Below are positions 55,735-64,000 of a stretch of DNA of 64,000 bases, piece after piece (position 1 is the first letter of the stretch; each line of letters starts with the position of its first letter). This DNA is from Octopus sinensis. Taxonomy: Eukaryota. The notes below the pieces were generated by a model. That model was not told the DNA's origin. It worked only from the letters and a program-made list of their open reading frames with translations, and ran no database searches. Location of the stretch: positions 44,342,464 to 44,406,463 of the forward strand of contig NC_043011.1 of assembly GCF_006345805.1 (NCBI RefSeq), in the 5' to 3' direction. The position numbers were made by a program, and so were the translations under genes.

Positions 55735-56293
55735 TACATGAGAAATGACAGAATGGTCATGGCTAGAACTTTTTTTAGTATATATTTCCTTCATCAGGGA
55801 TGTTTTTTTCCCCCACGGCTACTTTTCCACCTTTCTAACCTTTTGCAGACGGAGTTTTACTGACAGTCTGTGCTATGTATCGGTATTAGGCCGTTCAGTA
55901 ACTACATAATTTTACATACAAGGAGTTTTACAGTGTATTTACAGAGTCTTCGGACTACTCACACATACACAGTGTTTCGATGCTGTCAGTACCGTTTCCC
56001 GTCTCCAAGGGGTTAAATATTTAGTAACTGGCTGAACCAAGTTCAAAGAGTCTGTATCAGATATATTGCTGTTTGCATTTGCATTTTAAATTGCTTTCCG
56101 AAATGAGTATACACTCCATTTTAATGGCTCTGAGGAATCTGTAACAAGTTGTACAAGCAATCAGCTCTGAGGGCACTGCTTCATATAGTAGAAATAGATG
56201 TAAGCTAATGAAGTTGATTACGTAATAACTGTTCTTTTGTCATTAAACAATTACACTCTGTACTTACCTAACGCTTTATACAAATGTATACGT

Positions 56294-56338
<45 letters not shown>

Positions 56339-56707
56339 GTATACACACATATGCGGATGGAATTTACAGAAGAGGTGTTAAGTATCTTTCACTGCTCGAA
56401 AATACCAGCTTTTTAAGCATTCAGTAACCTAATCAACCACAAGGAATCTACACCAGGTATGCTGGTATTGCATTTTGGCGGAAGTTCTGAATGGAATGTT
56501 TCATATGTATGCATGAATGTACCAAATGTCAGAAATAGTCTCTATATTTATCGCAGGGCAGTCTCTCCTATGGATGATGGAGTTGTTTTGCTGTTTTAGA
56601 AACAAAAGTTGTTCAGTAGTGGAAAGTAGTACCATGATGATATTTGGAGTGTGTGGGAGGACAGCCACAGATTGTGTGTGTAATATGTTCAACAGATATG
56701 TGACATT

Positions 56708-56752
<45 letters not shown>

Positions 56753-56848
56753 CTTATGTCATTAACTGTGATACCAACATCACCATCACCACCACCACCT
56801 CCACTACCACCATCACAACCACCACCATCACCACCACCACCACTGCTG

Positions 56849-56890
<42 letters not shown>

Positions 56891-56926
56891 ATACTAACAA
56901 TAACAACAACAACAATTATAATAATT

Positions 56927-57147
56927 CATTCTACCGAAGGTACAGCGTTTGAAATGCGGGCGAGGGGTAAGTCGATTACATCGACCCCAGTGCGTAACTG
57001 GTACTTATTTTCTCGACCCCGAAAAGTTAAAAGGCAAAGTCGACCTCGGCGGAATTTGAACTCAGAACGTAAGGAAGAACAAAATTCTGCTAAGCATTTT
57101 GTTCGGCGAACTAACGATTCCGCCATCTCACCGCTTGAATAATAATG

Positions 57148-57187
<40 letters not shown>

Positions 57188-57383
57188 TATTAACGATAAT
57201 AATGGGTTCCAGCTTCTGGCATAAGGTCATCGACCCCAATGCTCGACTGCTGCTTATTTTATCGACCTCACCCTCCACCGAAAGGATGAAATGCAAAGTC
57301 GACCTCGGTGGAATTAGAACTCAAGATGAAATGCAGTTAAGCATTTTGTCTGGCGTGTCAACGATTCTGCCAGCTCACCTCCT
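56927..57383 (-). mobile_element. two head-to-tail SINE family A copies
   Basis: Family A core at about 57015 and 57280. Confidence 0.85.
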
Positions 57384-57386
57384 TAA

Positions 57387-57471
<85 letters not shown>

Positions 57472-57585
57472 TAAAAATAATGATAATAATAATAATAATA
57501 ATAGTAGTAGTAGTAGTAGTAGTAAGTAGCAATGATAATGATAATAATAATAATAGTAGTAGTAGTAGTAGTAGCAATGATAATG

Positions 57586-57636
<51 letters not shown>

Positions 57637-57659
57637 TAATGATGATGATGATGATGATG

Positions 57660-57723
<64 letters not shown>

Positions 57724-57775
57724 TGATGATAATAATAATAATAATAATAATCATGCTGATGATGATGATGATGAA
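57384..57775. repeat. (AAT)n/(GAT)n/(AGT)n compound trinucleotide repeat
   Basis: Directly visible. Confidence 0.95.
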
Positions 57776-58573
57776 ATCAGGGTGAGAGTGGGTAGGGTAG
57801 TTATTGAAGGGAAAATTAGAAAAACGGCGGGTGTTTGTGCGTGATAATTATTAGGTATATTTTCAGGTGTTAGAGTTGTTTTGCATGCTTGCTTGCACAT
57901 GAAGATAGATGGAAAGTGTGAAAGATTGGTGCCGAGGTGTATATCTTTATGGCAACAGAGTGAGAGAGAGAGATTCCTCAAAATCCCCAAATACAATTGC
58001 CCGTGTGCGTGTATGTGTGTTCACATGCGTGTGTGTGTGTGTGAGTGTGTACGTGTCTGTTTGAGTGTGTGTGTATGTCTGGAGAGGGAGAGAGAGAGAG
58101 AGAGAGAGAGGAATGGAGCTGCGACGAATACGTATATTATCTTGTAGGTCGCGTTTTCATTAACAATGAAAACCTATTAGTGACTGACAGCCTATTGGTT
58201 ATGCTGGCGCACATTTTAGCGCCAGAATGTTTATCATCATCATCAACATTATTATTGTTGTTGTTGTTGTTATTGTTATTATGATGATGGTTATCATCAC
58301 CATCACTATTACCGTTATTTATGCTGTTATGGCTGTTGCATGCTTTCACCGAATGACTGATAGTAACGCTAAACATCTTGGGGGCCATCTAACATTTTTC
58401 TTTTGTACAGATTTTGCACGGAGTACACATTTCCCTAGTGTTACTACTTTCTATGGGTTACAAATGCATGTATATATATGTATATGTCTGTATATATAAA
58501 TACATACGTGTGTGTATATTCAATATATGTATATCTGTATGTATGTGAGTATGTGTATCTCTCTGTGTTTAGT

Positions 58574-58618
<45 letters not shown>

Positions 58619-58619
58619 A

Positions 58620-58655
<36 letters not shown>

Positions 58656-58684
58656 TAATATACCTACATCTATATCTATATCTA

Positions 58685-58730
<46 letters not shown>

Positions 58731-58749
58731 CTATCTATCTATCTATCTA

Positions 58750-58788
<39 letters not shown>

Positions 58789-58792
58789 ATAT

Positions 58793-58826
<34 letters not shown>

Positions 58827-59381
58827 ACATTATATACACAGAAAGAGAGAAAGAGAGAGACAGAGAGTGAAAGACATACAGAGATGTCTTAAAATTGTTG
58901 AGAAAAAACATCAAAGCTATAGAAAATATAGATAAACACGAGAATGGTGATCTTTGATGTTTACTAGATTCATCGATCTCTATGTCCTCCTTTCCCAGAC
59001 TATCGTCTACTTCTTGAAAGAAGGTGATTTTTAAAAACTACAATATTTTTGCCAGAAGAAGTGAGGTCGTGACAATAGACTTTTCAGGTCTTCTCATGTT
59101 TTTGGCTTGCGTTCGATTGTTACTTCAGATACAAGTCTTGGACTTCTGTTGAATGGTGCTATTTAGAGAAAACTTATGTGAAAAAGGAATAATTGCAGAA
59201 GGAGTCGGTTCACAATGGTAATAATCGGGTTTTCGAGAGATTGAACATTATTTACGCACAGTGACGCGTCCTCAGTTCGTGATATACGTATTTTAACTCT
59301 CTATAGTAAAAATGATTTATAATAGAGGAACAAGATCACTCGAATATATTGACCCAAATATATATTACATTACGTAATATT

Positions 59382-59975
59382 TCTTTATTGCCCACAGGGG
59401 GCTAAACATAGAGGGGACAAACAAGGACAGACAAAGGGATTAAATCGAATACATCGACCCCAGTGAGTAACTGGTATTTATTTAATCGACACCGAAGGGA
59501 TGAATGGCAAAGTCGACCTCGCGGAATTTGACCCAGAACCTAACGGCAGACGAAATACCTATTTCTTTACTACCCACAAGGGGCTAAACACAAAGGGGAC
59601 AAGCAAGGACAGACAAACGGATCAAGTCGATTATATCGACCCCAGTGCGTAACTGGTACTTATTTAATCGACACCGAAGGGATGAATGGCAAAGTCGACC
59701 TCGGCGGAATTTGAACTCAGAACGTAACGACAGACGAAATACCTATTTCTGTACTACCCACAAGGGGCTAAACACAGAGGGGACAAACAAGGACAGACAA
59801 AGGGATCAAGTCGATTATATCGACCCCAGTGTGTAACTGGTACTTATTTAATCGACCCCGAAAGGATGAAAGGCAAAGTCCACCTCGGCGGAATTTGAAC
59901 TCAGAACGTAGCGACAGATGAAATACCGCTGAGCATTTCACCCGGCGTGCTAACGATTCTGCCGGCTCGCTGCCC
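59382..59975 (-). mobile_element. SINE family A trimer (one head, three units of about 184 bp) with a 16-bp TSD
   Basis: Units 59382-59559, 59560-59743, 59744-59975. TACATTACGTAATATT at 59366-59381 and 59976-59991. Confidence 0.9.
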
Positions 59976-61053
59976 TACATTACGTAATATTCCAAGCTTT
60001 GCTTTGTAACTCCTGTCCTTATGTCTCTCCATCGTTATCTTCAATGGTATCCCTCGTGAGTTCCCTTTGTCATGCTTCCGTACAATATCCATCTCTACCC
60101 AATTTTACTTCTAAAATGTGAGTTGACTCAAAACCATTGTAAACACAAAGGGCAATGTGGTAAAAAGGTATCCAGAAACTTGTGATTGGTCAGTAAATAT
60201 CCCCATCAGTCAAATACATGTCCAATCGATATTCTTACGTCATTAAAACATCGATAACGCAAATTACATTCTTGTAAAAATTGGTTATGATATCAGATAT
60301 GTAACTATGTCGCTTTCCTGTAGTATATAGCTTATTAAATAATTTTGTCGCTGACAAATAAAATATTAAAATAAAATTATTACAAAAACTAACACTCAGA
60401 ATTCAATGATGAAAAAAATGATTACTTTCGAGTAAACATGTCCTTTTTAATTACCGTCAACCCCAATTAGTGTTATTAAAACTTCATTAATGTGCTAACA
60501 GGTATAACCATTAATGCAATATTTCCACCGCCCCTCCAGCTACCCACAATGCAATACCTTATTAAATGATAATTTTTTGTTCGTTGAAACACCTTAGTGT
60601 CCAGAAAGGAAGAAATGGCGCCAGTTTGGCACCAGTTATATAAATTTGTTGAACCAATTTAGCGATGTCTTGAAATACACAGATATTTATTCCAATAATA
60701 GTCGACGACGAAAGTCTGGAGGAATAGTTATACAACCCTACAATCACCACCACCAGCACCACAGTCAGAAAAAAACAGCAGGAACTAAATATATATATAT
60801 ATATATATATATAAGATTTATAAATCCCCTCCAGAATGTTTTCAGATTTAATTCAGATTCCATTGAGAATAAAACAAAATAAAAATAGATTATGTTCCTT
60901 TATAAAAGAAGGCGTTTTCTAGAATTTTGCTACAGCAAAATATAAAAATAAGAAAGGAATTTTAAATTTGGTGCCGGGGGAATTGTTATCTAGAAAATCC
61001 AACCGCATACTTTGTCTTTTCCTTCGCAAATAAATATATAAGCAGCAGAAATA

Positions 61054-61108
61054 TAACAAAAGCTGTTACTCAGAGTTTCACGTTCCCGTTCGTCGGACAG
61101 TTTTGTTA
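61054..61108 (-). ncRNA. type-I hammerhead motif, U4C core variant, with extended stem I
   Basis: Minus strand TAACAAAA-CTGT-CCGACGA-ACG-GGAA-CGT-GAAA-CTC-T-GAG-TA-ACAG-C-TTTTGTTA. Confidence 0.7.
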
Positions 61109-61424
61109 AAATGGAGCAGAAATATGTATGTACATACGTACATAAATATATGTGCGTGTGTACGTATGTATGAATATATGCATGTAAATGTATATATGTT
61201 GATATATGTATATATATGTATGTATGTATATATAAAGTGTGTGTGTGTGTGTGTATGCGTATGTGTGCGTGCACGCGTGTGTGACACGCATAGCTGTGTT
61301 GTGATTTAAAACATAGCACAACTGTTTTATTAATTGATATACGTCGCTCAGATTGCACATGTTGATAGATTAGGTCTTCTTCAACAATAACTCTTCACCC
61401 TGTCCATCATTGCCAGCAAATAAT

Positions 61425-61828
61425 GGGTTACAAACAGAAGCAATATCCGACATTCACAGCAGACTACAAGTTGTTTACTCTGATAACACTTTTGGCAAGA
61501 GCAATGCACACAAATGGATGAAGTTTAAATATCAGGAAAACAGCAGGGAAGACAAACAACGCGGTAGCAGTCGAGGCCGTCAAGTGTGACCACTGATACG
61601 AACTACCACGACTGAACTGTGGCCACAGCGCATTATAGAAAACTTTGGGTATCGTAAAGTATATTCAAAGTAGGTACCTCGACATTGGCACTTGATTTGA
61701 AGGAAGGAAGAATGGAAATCTGCTCTGATTTGCTGCAAACGCTTGAAACTAATAAAGACAGATTCTTTTTTTTTTTAATTTGGTGTCATAGGATGAAACA
61801 TGCGCATACTTTATGATCTGGAAAAGAC
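61425..61828 (+). mobile_element. mariner transposase relic (irritans-like), heavily decayed
   Basis: ISDIHSRLQVVYSDNTFGKSNAHKWMKFK...IIENFGYRKVYSK*VPRH...EGRMEICSDLLQ...DET; HTH, WVPR-like motif and first-D region. Confidence 0.75.
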
Positions 61829-61831
61829 ACA

Positions 61832-62263
61832 TAGGCGCAGGAGTGGCTGTGTGGTAAGTAGCTTGCATACCAACCATTGGTTCCGGGTTCAGTCCCACTG
61901 CGTGGCCCTTGGGCAAGTGTCTCCTGCTATTGCCTCGGGCCGACCAAAGCCTTCTGAGTGGATTTGGTAGACGGAAACTGAAAGAAGCCCGTCGTATATA
62001 TGTATATATATCATATGTATGTGTGTGTATATGTTTGTGTGTCTGTATTTGTCCCCCCACAACATCGCTTGACAACCAATGGTGGTGTGTTTACGTCCCC
62101 GTAACTTAGCGGTTCGTCAAACAAAGACCGATAGAATAAGTACGAGTCATACAAAGAATAAGTCCTGGGGGGGGGGGGTCGATTTGCTCGAGTAAAGGCG
62201 GTGCTCTAGCATGGTCGCAGTCAAATGACTGAAACAAGTAAAATAGTAAAGGAATAAAAGAAT
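61832..62263 (+). mobile_element. SINE family B, full length
   Basis: TAGGCGCAGGAGTGGCTGTGTGGTAAG...GGTTCAGTCCC head, internal TA/TG tract, AAAAGAAT tail. Confidence 0.9.
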
Positions 62264-62298
62264 ACATACATATTTAAGTACGTACATACGTATGTATG

Positions 62299-62398
62299 NN
62301 NNNNNNNNNNNNNNNNNNNNNNNNNNNNNNNNNNNNNNNNNNNNNNNNNNNNNNNNNNNNNNNNNNNNNNNNNNNNNNNNNNNNNNNNNNNNNNNNNN
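62299..62398. other. assembly gap (100 N)
   Basis: Run of N. Confidence 1.
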
Positions 62399-62435
62399 TT
62401 GTATAGTATTTGTGGGTGCGTGTTTATGCGTGTGT

Positions 62436-62528
<93 letters not shown>

Positions 62529-62689
62529 CAAATTTAATTTCTAACTAGTAATACCCTACAACTGTGCAATTGTTAGATTTTCAAGAGTGTATTGGCACCA
62601 TTGTTCAGCTGCGGGACAACACCTGCTTCATAATGGAAATATCGACTTTGTATAAATGTGAATGTGTATCTATGTACGTGTTCATATAT

Positions 62690-62733
<44 letters not shown>

Positions 62734-62870
62734 ATATATAATATATATATATCTATACAATAATATATATACATATATATATATATATGCATATATACAC
62801 ACACACATATAAATAAAATAAAACATATATTTTTATAATATAAGTATAACACACATATATATATATTACA

Positions 62871-62908
<38 letters not shown>

Positions 62909-63045
62909 GTATATATTATATATATCTATATATCACCATATATTATATATATATATTATATTATATTATATATATATACAACACTCTGTATATATATAGA
63001 ATGTATATGAACATCAGTATATATATACATATATATATATATAGA

Positions 63046-63105
<60 letters not shown>

Positions 63106-64000
63106 CATTATATACATATACATATACTTCTACTTAGAACTTATACATTTAGATACACACACACATATATTCCAGAATAGAATGCTCTAGAGGAATAAAC
63201 GTTCAAGAACTGCGAAGAATGAAGACACCATTCAAACAGACTTCGTACTTTATTTTCCAATACAACATTCAAAGCAAGAAATACAGAAACATACGCCATA
63301 TTCCATCAAATCATTTCATTAATGAAGCAAATTCCAAGAATACAAAGAGCAATCGAAATACACAAAGTATTCAAAAGCATAAGGCTCGTAAAAATCCCTT
63401 AAACAATTACTACCAGCGCCAAATTATCCAATAATATTATAGCAGTAATAGTAAAAATTTCTGGTCGCCTTATAGAAGGCGCAGAAATTTAAATCAGTAA
63501 ATAACTTCAATGCAAATAATCACTTCATCTGTTTGTCAAAAAACTTTAATTGATGCTAGTAAAGGTAATGAAAATTACACAGGACAATCAAACTTTATGA
63601 TACTGACTCATTATTCATAGGCAAAAAATAAGATAGCCTAATGCCAGACAGATTCCACTAAGTGGACATTTAAAATTATGTCCAATAAACAAATCATCAA
63701 ACAACTTAGTCTACCCACTTTATCATTGTTCTGACAAAACCATAGATCAAATGCAGTCAAATAAACAGAATATGTTTTTTTAAAAAACAAGCCTCGACTG
63801 AATAATCTATAACACCCCATCGAACACGGACGTTGTAGTGTTGCCGATCACATTCTCGGACAAAAATCCATAGATTAACAATTGCAAATACAACATCGAT
63901 TTTCCGGAACTTTTGGTGTTAACGATCCAGGTCGGTCACCTTGGTTAGCATACTCTAAATTAATCGAGTATAAAATTTACTGAAAAAAATCAAATGAAAA

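Noticed and set aside
59382-59975. CRISPR-like or satellite array
   Set aside because: The units are SINE bodies with no unique spacers, in a eukaryotic context.

Overview
Eukaryotic, AT-rich, microsatellite-dense genomic DNA. Its SINE and repeat repertoire looks like an octopod cephalopod (Octopus sp.); this is an inference, not a database result. The only convincing host coding sequence is one minus-strand exon (6497-6915) of an anion-selective Cys-loop ligand-gated ion channel (GlyR/molluscan GluCl-like), covering beta10 to M3 and the start of the M3-M4 loop. I found no other exon of this gene by eye, so most of the window is probably one very large intron. It contains three tRNA-derived SINE families, three mariner relics, fragments of five non-LTR retrotransposon types (RTE, CR1-like, Hero-like, R4/Dong-like, L1/Tx1-like) and two 100-N gaps. 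The most interesting signal is a dispersed set of minimal type-I hammerhead ribozyme motifs: one canonical, two intact-looking core variants (A6U, U4C) and several decayed. Several of them, plus some fold-back inverted repeats, sit in or near (TA)n tracts, as expected for Penelope-like/retrozyme elements. Also notable are a SINE trimer with a single 16-bp TSD, head-to-head SINE hairpins and unusual pore residues in the channel. Nearly all ORFs in the supplied track are microsatellite translations. Repeat boundaries are approximate.
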